This document shows, one piece after another, positions 16,900 through 26,097 of a stretch of 64,000 nt of DNA. How positions within the stretch are numbered: position 1 is the stretch's first letter; every line of letters starts with the position of its first letter. The notes beneath the pieces were generated by a model. That model was not told the DNA's origin. It did not search any database and saw only the letters and a list, made by a program, of their open reading frames with translations. Both the position numbers and the translations under genes were made by a program. Origin of the DNA: an uncultured Muribaculaceae bacterium (GTDB lineage: Bacteria; Bacteroidota; Bacteroidia; Bacteroidales; Muribaculaceae); assembly GCA_947628305.1 (NCBI GenBank), contig CANQZG010000016.1, positions 304-64,303 of the forward strand, read 5' to 3'.

Positions 16900-19307
16900 A
16901 ACTGTTTGTCTTATCCTTAATGCTATGTTTCAGCGCGGTTTGCATGGCGCAGAACGTCACAATCAGGGCAGTAAACCAGCCGGCGTCGGTTGTGTTCCGT
17001 AGTATCGTTGAGCAGACCGGAAAGAACTTCGTGTATTCATCCGAACTGCTGAAAGATATGCGCGTATCCATAAATGTAAAGAATAAGCCTTTGAAGCAAG
17101 CTCTTTCCATAATATTCAAGGACTCAGACATTGAATATGAGATAAAGGGAAGAAACATTATACTAAAAAGGAAGCCAAAGCCTGAAAAGAGAGTCAACAA
17201 ATCGGTTGTCTCCACAGAGCGTCCGATTATACCGAAACAGAACGCTGTTGTCCCCAAAATGCTTGAGGAAGTTGTCGTAGTGTCGCGCCTTGAAGCCCCA
17301 GCTGTGGAGACTGCTGAAATAGGTGCCAAGAAACTGACCGCACAGGAAATCATAAACACTCCCGTCTTGTTTGGTGAAAGCGATGTCATCAAGGCATTGC
17401 AGATGCAGCCGGGCGTATCGGAAGGTCAGGAAGGCATGGCGGGAATGCACGTGCATGGTGGCAACGCTGACGAGAACCTGTATATGCTCGATAATGTGCC
17501 GCTATATCAGGTGAATCACTTTGCCGGATTGTTCTCTGCCTTTAACGCTGAAGCAATTAGATACATTGACTTTTTCAAATCCTCAATCCCGGCGAAATAC
17601 GACGGACGCTTATCCTCTTACCTTGATGTGCGTACCAAGAGCGGCTCACCGGAAGGTCATCACGGTTCTTTCAGGCTGGGACTGACTTCCGGGGCATTCA
17701 ATATCGACGGCCCGATAGGAAGGAAGACCACCTACTCTGTTGCATTGAGGCGTTCATGGTTCGATGTGCTGTCGATTCCTATGCTGGCGTTGGTCAATTC
17801 GTCAAGCGACGATGAGAAAATCCGGTTCCGTTATGCTTTCATGGATCTGAACGCCAAGGTCACACACCGCTTTTCCAACAAGGCTACAGGATTTATTTCT
17901 GTCTATTTCGGCAATGACGTTCTTAAGACGGGTTCTTGTGACAAACATGTGCCTGAATCCGGTTGGTATGATGATGACAAGTGTGATTTACATTGGGGAA
18001 ACCTTGTGGCACAGACCGGTCTTAATTACAGAATAAATCCCTTGATTTCTGCCGAGTTCACCGCCGCATATACCCGATATTTCTCCGGCATGAAACATGA
18101 CTGGCTGTCAAAGGAGATTTCAAGTTCAGGAACTACGGAGTCGCATTCCATATCCAAGACAAACAATAATATCAATGACTGGATTTTCCGTGCGGATTTC
18201 GACTGGAGACCGAACGATGCGAACCGTGTGCGCTTCGGAGGCAACTATATCCTCCATTCATTTCTCCCAGCAAGAACCGACCGCAATTATACCGTCGGCA
18301 CAACACAGACATTGACACGGGATTCGACATGGGCATATACCGCCAATGAAGCCAACATCTATATAGAGGATGATTGGCGTATCAGCGAAAAATTCAGAAT
18401 GAATGCAGGTCTGCATCTGTCTCTGTTCAATATCGACGGCAAGACGAATTATGGAGTAGATCCACGACTTTCCTTCAGTTATCGGCCTTCCGAAAATTGG
18501 GCTGTAAAAGCCGCCTATGCACGGACAAACCAATATGTGCATCAGCTTTCCCAGACCTATCTGTCGTTGCCGACCGACCAATGGGTGCCGATCACGGGTA
18601 AATTCAAGCCTCAGAACGCGGATAAGGTTTCTCTGGGAGCCTACTGGCAGTCGGACAACAAAATGTTCGCCGCATCAGTCGAAGGGTATTATAAAGTCAT
18701 GCGTAATCTTGTGGATTACCGGGATGAATATTATCTGCAACCGCCTACAGAGATGTGGAATGCCCAGCTGTGTTCTGGCAAGGGAACAGCAAAAGGAATC
18801 GATTTCAAAATTGAAAAGCTATATGGAAAGCTGACAGGTCATATTTCCTATTCTCTCGCATGGTCAGACCGTACTTTCCCGGACAAGAACGGTGGTCTTA
18901 CTTTTCCGGCTCGTTTTGATAACAGGCATACCATCAATATTCTGCTCAACTGGAACATCAGTGATAAGGTGAGTCTTAACGCCGCATGGACAGGACACTC
19001 CGGCAACCGCTTCACGCTGCTGCCGCAGGTGTGGGAGTCACCCGATTTCGGCACCATCTATAGTGGCGACGAATCACCGTTGAAGACACGGCTCAACAAC
19101 TATCAGCTGCCGTTTTACCACCGTCTCGATCTTTCCTGCACGGTGCGCAACAAACGTGGTTACTGGACTTTCGGACTTTTCAACGCATATTGCCACATGA
19201 ATACTGTGGCAATCCGGCGGACGCATAACAACGCTAACCGTCCCGTGTTCCAGAAAGTGAAACTCTTACCCATAATTCCCTCAATTTCCTACACATGGCA
19301 ATTCTAA
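16896..19307 (+). CDS. TonB-dependent receptor with an N-terminal STN (signalling) domain
   Basis: 803 aa. STN-like region (VTIRAVNQPASVVFRSIVEQTGKNFVY..IEYEIKGRNIILKRK), plug (FGESDVIKALQMQPGV, YMLDNVPLYQ) and a barrel ending ISYTWQF. The start overlaps the anti-sigma stop by 4 nt. Confidence 0.85.
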   Translation: MKLFVLSLMLCFSAVCMAQNVTIRAVNQPASVVFRSIVEQTGKNFVYSSELLKDMRVSINVKNKPLKQALSIIFKDSDIEYEIKGRNIILKRKPKPEKRVNKSVVSTERPIIPKQNAVVPKMLEEVVVVSRLEAPAVETAEIGAKKLTAQEIINTPVLFGESDVIKALQMQPGVSEGQEGMAGMHVHGGNADENLYMLDNVPLYQVNHFAGLFSAFNAEAIRYIDFFKSSIPAKYDGRLSSYLDVRTKSGSPEGHHGSFRLGLTSGAFNIDGPIGRKTTYSVALRRSWFDVLSIPMLALVNSSSDDEKIRFRYAFMDLNAKVTHRFSNKATGFISVYFGNDVLKTGSCDKHVPESGWYDDDKCDLHWGNLVAQTGLNYRINPLISAEFTAAYTRYFSGMKHDWLSKEISSSGTTESHSISKTNNNINDWIFRADFDWRPNDANRVRFGGNYILHSFLPARTDRNYTVGTTQTLTRDSTWAYTANEANIYIEDDWRISEKFRMNAGLHLSLFNIDGKTNYGVDPRLSFSYRPSENWAVKAAYARTNQYVHQLSQTYLSLPTDQWVPITGKFKPQNADKVSLGAYWQSDNKMFAASVEGYYKVMRNLVDYRDEYYLQPPTEMWNAQLCSGKGTAKGIDFKIEKLYGKLTGHISYSLAWSDRTFPDKNGGLTFPARFDNRHTINILLNWNISDKVSLNAAWTGHSGNRFTLLPQVWESPDFGTIYSGDESPLKTRLNNYQLPFYHRLDLSCTVRNKRGYWTFGLFNAYCHMNTVAIRRTHNNANRPVFQKVKLLPIIPSISYTWQF

Positions 19308-20275
19308 GATACATAATACCGATTTTGTCAGTCTTTTTGCTGACAGGATGTTACGAGGACTTCAATCCGGAAATTGACACTAAGCCGGTGCTTTGTCTGA
19401 ACTCCCTGATCACAGCCGGAGAACCGATTGAGGTGAAGGTGACGCACACATGGATGTTCAATGATGAAAAATCTGAGAGGAACCATGATGTTAAAGATGC
19501 CGTTGTAACCATTCTCGCCAACGAGAGGATTGTCGGCTCAGACTATCTTCCGAAGGAGGGAGACAAGATCCGTATTGTCGCGGAGAGTCCGACTTACGGA
19601 ACAGCAATGGCCGAAGTTATTGTTCCTTTAGCCACACCGATCGGTAAGGTAAAGGTTACTCCATCGGTCACAAATATATGGAAAAGGGATGATATGCCTA
19701 ATTATGAGATGCTTGCGGATATAACTTTCAACCTCAATATCGAGATGGATGTCAATGACCCGGCAGGAACAGACAATTATTATCATTTCGGATACAACTG
19801 GTTCGGTTCAGACACTGACGGTTCGCCGACACTGTCTATCGGACAATTCGAGTATAATTCCGAACCGATATTCAAAGAACACATCGGAGTATTTGAGACA
19901 GTAATGGGTAACGACGAGGATACGCAATTTGTATTTTTCTCTGACCGTCAGTTTTCCGGTAAAACATATACCCTGCATCTGAATTTCTCAAACAACTCCT
20001 TTCATGTAAACTCACAGGAGTATGATGAATCCCGACTTGAATGTGGCGTGAATCTCTATCTCACCACAGTCTCAAAAAGCTATTACAATTGGGCGGTATA
20101 TAAATGGAATGTCGATGAAGGGATTACAGGAGACCTGTCTGACATCGGTCTTGCGGAATCAAAATGGGGATACAGCAATGTCTCCACGGGAGCCGGCGTC
20201 GTGGCGGCTCAGTCATCAGTAAAATATACCATTGATTTGAAAGAATTTTTGAAAACAACATTAAATAATAAATAA
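19295..20275 (+). CDS. DUF4249-like lipoprotein (usual partner of this TonB-receptor class)
   Basis: 326 aa. Lipobox LLTGCYEDF, then PVLCLNSLITAGEPIEVKVTHTW, which is typical of DUF4249. Overlaps the receptor gene by 13 nt. Confidence 0.7.
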   Translation: MAILRYIIPILSVFLLTGCYEDFNPEIDTKPVLCLNSLITAGEPIEVKVTHTWMFNDEKSERNHDVKDAVVTILANERIVGSDYLPKEGDKIRIVAESPTYGTAMAEVIVPLATPIGKVKVTPSVTNIWKRDDMPNYEMLADITFNLNIEMDVNDPAGTDNYYHFGYNWFGSDTDGSPTLSIGQFEYNSEPIFKEHIGVFETVMGNDEDTQFVFFSDRQFSGKTYTLHLNFSNNSFHVNSQEYDESRLECGVNLYLTTVSKSYYNWAVYKWNVDEGITGDLSDIGLAESKWGYSNVSTGAGVVAAQSSVKYTIDLKEFLKTTLNNK

Positions 20276-20276
20276 G

Positions 20277-20681
20277 ATGAAAAAATTACTTTTTATTGCG
20301 ACCATACTGTTCACCGTTCTAACCTTCTCATCCTGCGAAGGGAAGGATGGTCCAGACGCACCACCGGCTTTCACTGAGATTACAATCCATCTTGAATATG
20401 AAGGGAAGGATGATTTTCAGGGTGAATTATCCAGAATAGTGGTATTTGTCACGGATGAGAACGGTAATTTCATTATTCGTCATGCCGACAAAATCGATGG
20501 GAATATATTTGTGGCTGATTGCAGACCCGGCAAATATGCCGTAAGTGCCGAATATGTTAATCCAGACACCGATAACGACAATATCATCCTTGGAAGGGTA
20601 AATGTGGAATTAAAAGCCTATCAACCAATTGAGGTGACATTGAAAATAAATCTCAATAAAATAAAAATACAGAAACAATAA
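20277..20681 (+). CDS. Hypothetical lipoprotein
   Basis: 134 aa. MKKLLFIATILFTVLTFSSCEG lipobox. The signal peptide is paralogous to that of the next gene. Confidence 0.6.
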   Translation: MKKLLFIATILFTVLTFSSCEGKDGPDAPPAFTEITIHLEYEGKDDFQGELSRIVVFVTDENGNFIIRHADKIDGNIFVADCRPGKYAVSAEYVNPDTDNDNIILGRVNVELKAYQPIEVTLKINLNKIKIQKQ

Positions 20682-20683
20682 AG

Positions 20684-21115
20684 ATGAAAAAGTTACTTTT
20701 TATCGCAACCGTATTGTTCACGGTTCTCTCGTTATCTTCCTGCAAGGAAGACGACCCCAACCCCATGATATGGGAGTTCTCCAACTACGACCGAGAGGCT
20801 ATCTCGGCTGTATATTCTCCTGATTACGTCAATCAGGTGGCAATCGTTGCTCCACCCGAGTATAGCGGTGACATCACTCTGAAATGCACCAACTACTCAC
20901 AGCTGACGCTCAATGCTAATACTGCTGACGGTATTTTCAAAAGTGCCGGGGCTGGGTTCACGGTCATTAAGATAGATGACAACACTCTTAAAATCACCTT
21001 TGAGCCAATAGCGGCAGCCGGTGAGAACGGAATATACGAAACAGTTTCGGCAGACGGTAGAAACGGCAAGGAAACCGGAATGACCAATATGTCGGTCGGC
21101 AGAGTTAAAAAATGA
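20684..21115 (+). CDS. Hypothetical lipoprotein
   Basis: 143 aa. MKKLLFIATVLFTVLSLSSCKE lipobox. The mature part has no similarity to the preceding gene. Confidence 0.6.
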   Translation: MKKLLFIATVLFTVLSLSSCKEDDPNPMIWEFSNYDREAISAVYSPDYVNQVAIVAPPEYSGDITLKCTNYSQLTLNANTADGIFKSAGAGFTVIKIDDNTLKITFEPIAAAGENGIYETVSADGRNGKETGMTNMSVGRVKK

Positions 21116-21255
21116 AAGCCCTTAAATCACGACTGATTGTCATAATGTCAGTTGTTGCCATACTATTGTCGGTATCGTCCTGTACTACCATACAGTTAGA
21201 CCCGGCGAATAGAGCCGAGCAGGTTTCAGTAACATTCGATAAGACAATCAAATAA
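21112..21255 (+). CDS. Small hypothetical lipoprotein (47 aa, below the ORF-track cutoff)
   Basis: ATG at 21112 overlaps the previous stop (ATGA). Translation MKALKSRLIVIMSVVAILLSVSSCTTIQLDPANRAEQVSVTFDKTIK* with lipobox VSSC. Confidence 0.45.
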   Translation: MKALKSRLIVIMSVVAILLSVSSCTTIQLDPANRAEQVSVTFDKTIK

Positions 21256-21266
21256 CAGAATAGCAA

Positions 21267-21776
21267 ATGAAATATTCATTATTGGGGATAAGCGTTATCG
21301 CGCTTATCTCAGCACTCTTGTTGTCTTCTTGCAGCAAGGAAGAGTACGTACCGGTACCGGTCAGCTCAAAATCCTGCAACATCGAGGTTGAATGTGTCGG
21401 AGCTTCCGGCGAGAATCTTCTCGCAGACAAATCGTTCACCGACAAAATCAAAATCGAGGGCGAAAACTCCCACACCAACATCAAGTTTACAGTCAATAAC
21501 AATCGCCTTTGTTTTGAAGCAGACCTTCCCGATCAAGACGATATGAAGTGGGCGAAGGACAGAAGCGAGGCTACGGGCATATCAAATATGACCGTCAGGT
21601 TCGGCAAACAGAAAGCATCGCTGAAATGCTTTTTGAAATACATCGCTAATCGACCTCCAGCCACAGTTGGAGGTTCCATCACTCTTGAAGAAGTCGAATA
21701 CAAAGGTATGACTCACAAGCGTACCGGCGGTTCAGTGACATTCAGAATACAATTCAACAGAGACGGCAAACTGTAA
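21267..21776 (+). CDS. Hypothetical lipoprotein
   Basis: 169 aa. MKYSLLGISVIALISALLLSSCSKE lipobox. Confidence 0.6.
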   Translation: MKYSLLGISVIALISALLLSSCSKEEYVPVPVSSKSCNIEVECVGASGENLLADKSFTDKIKIEGENSHTNIKFTVNNNRLCFEADLPDQDDMKWAKDRSEATGISNMTVRFGKQKASLKCFLKYIANRPPATVGGSITLEEVEYKGMTHKRTGGSVTFRIQFNRDGKL

Positions 21777-21940
21777 AATGAATAGTGACGATGTAAAACA
21801 ATTATAACCTTACACCGTAGTTTTTAAGTAACACCTATGGCAGAAAGAAGCCGAGTGCAAAGAATCTGCTTAATAATATGAAATCGCTATCCAATTCAGT
21901 CACGACACGGAGGGATGGCAAATGGAAATCATAAAAAAAC

Positions 21941-21980
21941 AGACAGACAACCTCGACAGTGATGTCGAGGTTGTCTGTCT
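21941..21980. terminator. Bidirectional terminator between cargo and mobilisation modules
   Basis: AGACAGACAACCTCGACA-gtga-TGTCGAGGTTGTCTGTCT (18-bp perfect stem), with A7 upstream and TT downstream, between convergent genes. Confidence 0.85.
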
Positions 21981-22011
21981 TTAGGGATTGTGAGCTGTTG
22001 CTCAGGGGATA

Positions 22012-23046
22012 TTATTCGTAGCCTTCGGGCAGTTCGGGTTTGGCGTCTTCAGGGATGTTGGGACTGGCTCTCATATCCTTGATTGCTTGGATTTCGCCGG
22101 GTGTCAACCTTGATTTACGCTGATGCGGGAGCGGCCATCTGTCGATCTCCGTTTCTTTGGCAGATTTTGTTTCCTCCGGCCGCGGTTTAGGCGGCTCCGG
22201 CTTCCAGTCGTCATGCGGCTGGAAATGACGGAACGGGATTCCCTTTGCCTCATGTTCCATTATGGTTGTCTGCCAACTCTCGCGCTGCTCGTCAGTGCCA
22301 TACAGTATCTTCTGCTCCATGCTGTTTATGGAAGCGGTGTCTTTCGGGTTTAACATCGACCGCAAGCCACGATAGAGCCATTCGACACGCATGAGTTCGT
22401 TGTGTTCCTTCCGGAGTCCCTTAGTCCACCAGCCGAGTAAGCACACAATGTTGAACAGGACTATTATAACGATGACGAGATTGCGGTTGACTTTCAATAA
22501 TCCGGCATATTTCTTTTGTGTGTCAAATCTGTTATTCGTCTCTTTCAGCGTCTGATGTATGCTCGCTGCATCATTAAAACTGATTCCCGGAGCGTTCATA
22601 ACGCCGTGGCGCATAGCCTTTGCCGTCGAATCGTCAATCTTCGGAGTGAGATTGTCAACGACCTCCCTTGCGGTTTCCTTCGCCACTTTCTCGGCTATGG
22701 ACTGAACATCCGGCTTTGGCATTGCCTCAAAAGCGTTATTGATGTCTGCCAGTCCTTTCACTGCAAGCGCGACGGTGCCGTTCAATGTCTGTATCATTCC
22801 TGTCAATGCCTTTATGTCGCCACTCTTGGCGAGGTTGTCAGGAAGACTGACCTCAATCGGCTCCTGAGGCTGTGGCTCCCCCGATGGGGGAAACACAGGC
22901 TGTTGCGCCGGAATACTGCCAATCTGCTTCTTGACCTCGGTAAACTTTTCGGTGAGAGTATTTTCAAGACGCGCCAACTGGCGGCGCAGTATCTCGATGT
23001 CGGCGTTCTCACACTGTACGCCTTGAACTTCATCTTTCTTTGCCAT
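22012..23046 (-). CDS. Third gene of the mobilisation operon: coiled-coil protein with one TM helix, function unknown
   Basis: 344 aa. TM segment LVIVIIVLFNIVCLLGWW. Starts 5 nt after the relaxase stop. Confidence 0.5.
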   Translation of the reverse strand: MAKKDEVQGVQCENADIEILRRQLARLENTLTEKFTEVKKQIGSIPAQQPVFPPSGEPQPQEPIEVSLPDNLAKSGDIKALTGMIQTLNGTVALAVKGLADINNAFEAMPKPDVQSIAEKVAKETAREVVDNLTPKIDDSTAKAMRHGVMNAPGISFNDAASIHQTLKETNNRFDTQKKYAGLLKVNRNLVIVIIVLFNIVCLLGWWTKGLRKEHNELMRVEWLYRGLRSMLNPKDTASINSMEQKILYGTDEQRESWQTTIMEHEAKGIPFRHFQPHDDWKPEPPKPRPEETKSAKETEIDRWPLPHQRKSRLTPGEIQAIKDMRASPNIPEDAKPELPEGYE

Positions 23047-23051
23047 GACTA

Positions 23052-24065
23052 TTATCTTTTGATTCCACGATTAGGTTTCTTTTTCCTGGGATGCGCGAGT
23101 TCCCATGCCAGGCGTTCTTCCTCCGGATCGTATGCGGGGCCCGGTTGAAACAGTCCGCCTACGAATTGCCCGACACTCTCGCCTATGTCCGCAACCATTC
23201 CCGCTGCTGTGGCTGCCGTTGCCTTTACTGCCCGCATTGCCTCGTCGGAAATTGACGATGCGCCGGACTGCGGAGATTTGGCCTGCACCGTTGCCTTTTT
23301 AGAAGCTGGCTGACGGTTGCCCTGCGAGAAATAGCGGTCGAGATTCCTGAACTTGAAAGCCTCGCCGACATCAGAGCCTTTGACTTTATAGTCGCCCGAC
23401 TGAAAAGATATGCCCTGCATTTCGGTGGTGCCACGGCGATATTTCGGTATGATGTGGATATTCTTCCGTGCCAACAGAGCTGCAAAAGTGTTCCAGTCGC
23501 GGGCGTTGCGCAGAGCCTCGGTAGCGGCAATTCTAATCTCGGCTTTCGCCCTTTCAAGACCGTGGAGTTTCTCCGGATCGGGAGTCTCCTGCTTTGGCAG
23601 AGCAAGGCGGTAACGCTTCGTCAGTGCCTCACAGACGCGCTTGTTCCGGTATCGGTTGCGCCCCGATTCCATGCGTTTGCCGTTGTCGCCGACCATGTTG
23701 AACACGATATGACAGTGCGGTTTGTCAGTTTCGTAATGTCGGACTATGAGGAACTGCGTCTTGTCAAGGCCCATCATCTTGATGTAGTCAAGGGCGATTT
23801 TAAGCATCTTTTCATCGCTCAACTTGGGCTTGTCGTCGGCGGCAAAAGACAATGTTATGTGTCCGGCAGGATTGCCGATTCTCCGGTTCTGCATAGCCTG
23901 AGCCTCGAAGCTCGCCACTATCTGATTGCGTTTTTCGCCCATCAGACCACGGCTGCCGAGTATCTTCCAAGTATCGGATGTAAAGATTTTCTTGTCGTGT
24001 TTTTCGCGGGTTACATAATCGACTTTTGAGCCGAATGACCCTCCTTTGAGTATTTTCCCTATCAT
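23052..24065 (-). CDS. Relaxase / mobilisation nuclease domain protein
   Basis: 337 aa. N-terminus MIGKILKGGSFGSKVDYV and a histidine triad region HYETDKPHCHIVFNMV, as in MOB relaxases of Bacteroides mobilizable elements. Confidence 0.8.
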   Translation of the reverse strand: MIGKILKGGSFGSKVDYVTREKHDKKIFTSDTWKILGSRGLMGEKRNQIVASFEAQAMQNRRIGNPAGHITLSFAADDKPKLSDEKMLKIALDYIKMMGLDKTQFLIVRHYETDKPHCHIVFNMVGDNGKRMESGRNRYRNKRVCEALTKRYRLALPKQETPDPEKLHGLERAKAEIRIAATEALRNARDWNTFAALLARKNIHIIPKYRRGTTEMQGISFQSGDYKVKGSDVGEAFKFRNLDRYFSQGNRQPASKKATVQAKSPQSGASSISDEAMRAVKATAATAAGMVADIGESVGQFVGGLFQPGPAYDPEEERLAWELAHPRKKKPNRGIKR

Positions 24066-24412
24066 GTTTTCATACGGTTTTTGAGTTTGAGAACAAAGGC
24101 GGCGATACGGTCAACAAGGTTTTCAGCCTTGTCCGCCGCGCCGTGATAGCCCTCGGTATTGGCTTGATGGGCTATCTGGTTGAGATTCGGGCCGAGCTTT
24201 TTCAGTTCGTAAAGGAGCATCTTTTCCTCGTCGGAGAGTACGCCGGTGACCTCGGCGTTCAACGCTCCCTCCCTCACATATTCAGCCCGGCTCAAACCGG
24301 CGCGGGATGCCTTGATGTCTATGATGTCGAACTGAGAATCGCTGAAACGTACCGTCACAGTGTTGCTCTTCTTAGCCTGTCCGAGAGGCGGTCTTCCGGT
24401 TGATTTCTTCAT
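24062..24412 (-). CDS. MobC-family ribbon-helix-helix relaxosome accessory protein
   Basis: 116 aa. VTVRFSDSQFDIIDIKASRAGLSRAEYVREGAL and LKKLGPNLNQIAHQAN. Overlaps the relaxase start by 4 nt. Confidence 0.75.
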   Translation of the reverse strand: MKKSTGRPPLGQAKKSNTVTVRFSDSQFDIIDIKASRAGLSRAEYVREGALNAEVTGVLSDEEKMLLYELKKLGPNLNQIAHQANTEGYHGAADKAENLVDRIAAFVLKLKNRMKT

Positions 24413-24629
24413 TGGAAAATCGGTGTGGTTGGTGTAATGATTGCACCGGATCGAGCGACCATCGGGAGGCAGGCAACAACCGCCCGGACGGGCTGTTTTG
24501 CCCCTTTTGAGGAACTCAAAAGGTATCTTGCCTTACCAATCTAAAAGACGCTATTGGATATCGGGCGAAGCCATCCCTTCGGGACTTGCCGCCTACCGAT
24601 TTAGCCACTAATCCGATGCCGTTTCTATC
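24413..24629. other. Candidate oriT region
   Basis: Non-coding 217 bp immediately upstream of the mob operon. It contains a perfect inverted repeat CCTTTTGAG-gaa-CTCAAAAGG (24503-24523). Confidence 0.4.
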
Positions 24630-25139
24630 TCAGAGTTTGCGCCAGACTTCGATGTCCGGGGAGTATGCCCGCAAGTGGTCGGCGAGGACAGCGTTGATGT
24701 AGCTGGCGACGGTGGTGCCACGATTGCCGAGGATGCGGGCGATGCGTTCAAGCTGCTCCCAGATGTCGTCCTCGATGTTGACCGGGTGACGGTTCACCAC
24801 CTTTGCCGGAGTTAGGAACGTTGCCTTGAAGTCGGCGAAGTCCGATTTGCGCTGCTGCTTGCCGATGCGCTGTTGCTTCGGTGGCTCGGTCGTTTCGATT
24901 ACTGATGTTGCCTCGGTTGCCGTCTGCTCGTCGCCAAACAGATTGTCGGCGTTGGCAGGTGTGGTAATGTCAACAGCGTTATCGCTGTTAACTGTGGAAG
25001 TGGGGTTGATTGAATTAGGTGAGTTATCGGGTTGCATAATAATTTGCGGGTTAGAGTTTGATACTTTGGATTTGGTTGCATTGGTCAACTCGGTTGACTT
25101 AGATGCGGTTGTTGATGATGCTTTTGTTGTTTTCATCAC
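24630..25139 (-). CDS. DUF3408-like protein (common in Bacteroidales integrative elements)
   Basis: 169 aa. Low-complexity N-terminus. C-terminus FLTPAKVVNRHPVNIEDDIWEQLERIARILGNRGTTVASYINAVLADHL. Confidence 0.6.
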   Translation of the reverse strand: MMKTTKASSTTASKSTELTNATKSKVSNSNPQIIMQPDNSPNSINPTSTVNSDNAVDITTPANADNLFGDEQTATEATSVIETTEPPKQQRIGKQQRKSDFADFKATFLTPAKVVNRHPVNIEDDIWEQLERIARILGNRGTTVASYINAVLADHLRAYSPDIEVWRKL

Positions 25140-26011
25140 TTGTTTTGTTTGATGGTTGAGCTTTGATTTGTGAGATACTCATTCAAGTCGTTGAACTCGG
25201 AGTAGAGTGTTGATTGGTCAATCACAATTGAGCCATATATGGCTGTTAATTCGGATAATGCGTTTTGTCCGGCATTGTCGTTGTCAAGATAGCAGTTGAT
25301 TGTTTTGTAATCTTTGAGAAAAGGCACAGCCTTGTTGACATTGACAACCGAGTTGAGTATGATTGCGTCGGCTCCGCTGATGATGCCGAGTGTGAGTGCC
25401 GAGAGATAATCTATAAATCCCTCGAACACGGCACACTCTGCTGACGGGCCATCTCTCGCCCACGGCAAATATGAGATGTCCTTGCGTCTACGGCAACCTT
25501 TGAAATATCGGTTGCGCAGTTCCCAGCCTCCGCTGACATTCTCAAATGCCACGGCAAAATATGGTTTACTGTTGACGCTGTAGTGAGCCTCCTTGCAGTT
25601 CGCCTTGGCAATGTGTACCGGGATACCACGCTCTTGGAGGTATGCGACAAGTGCGTGGTGTTCCAGTGGCACGACTTCAAACCGCTCCATACTCGGTGCA
25701 GAATGTCGCGGAGCAAAAGAGGAAGCGACTGTCGGCACCGATGGCACCGGGTAGCTGTCAGCGATGCAACGCATGAGATAGTGCAGGTCGGTTGACTGAT
25801 ACAACTCGAATGCCAGGTCGATGATGTTGCCGCCTTTGCCAATACCGAAGTCATACCAGCAGTTGAGCGCGGTATCGACCTTGAACGATGGTGTCTGTTC
25901 CTGTCGCAATGGCGACTTATACCAAAGCCTCGTTCCTTTTCTCGCCGCCGGCTCATGTCCGAGCAGGGACAAGAAGGAGGCTAAAGGGATTGATTTAATC
26001 TCTTTGATCAT
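25136..26011 (-). CDS. Toprim-domain, primase-like protein
   Basis: 291 aa. N-terminal zinc-finger-like region without the full Cys set (RLWYKSPLRQEQTPSFKVDTALNCWYDFGIGKGGNIIDL), then Toprim (VFEGFIDYLS..CYLDNDNAGQ). Confidence 0.7.
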   Translation of the reverse strand: MIKEIKSIPLASFLSLLGHEPAARKGTRLWYKSPLRQEQTPSFKVDTALNCWYDFGIGKGGNIIDLAFELYQSTDLHYLMRCIADSYPVPSVPTVASSFAPRHSAPSMERFEVVPLEHHALVAYLQERGIPVHIAKANCKEAHYSVNSKPYFAVAFENVSGGWELRNRYFKGCRRRKDISYLPWARDGPSAECAVFEGFIDYLSALTLGIISGADAIILNSVVNVNKAVPFLKDYKTINCYLDNDNAGQNALSELTAIYGSIVIDQSTLYSEFNDLNEYLTNQSSTIKQNK

Positions 26012-26097
26012 GGGTTCTAAAATGTTAGAGTGGGTTGGTCTTTGGTTTGGGTCCTATTATATATGCCCTTTTCTAAACCAGACCAGAATTGTGATTT

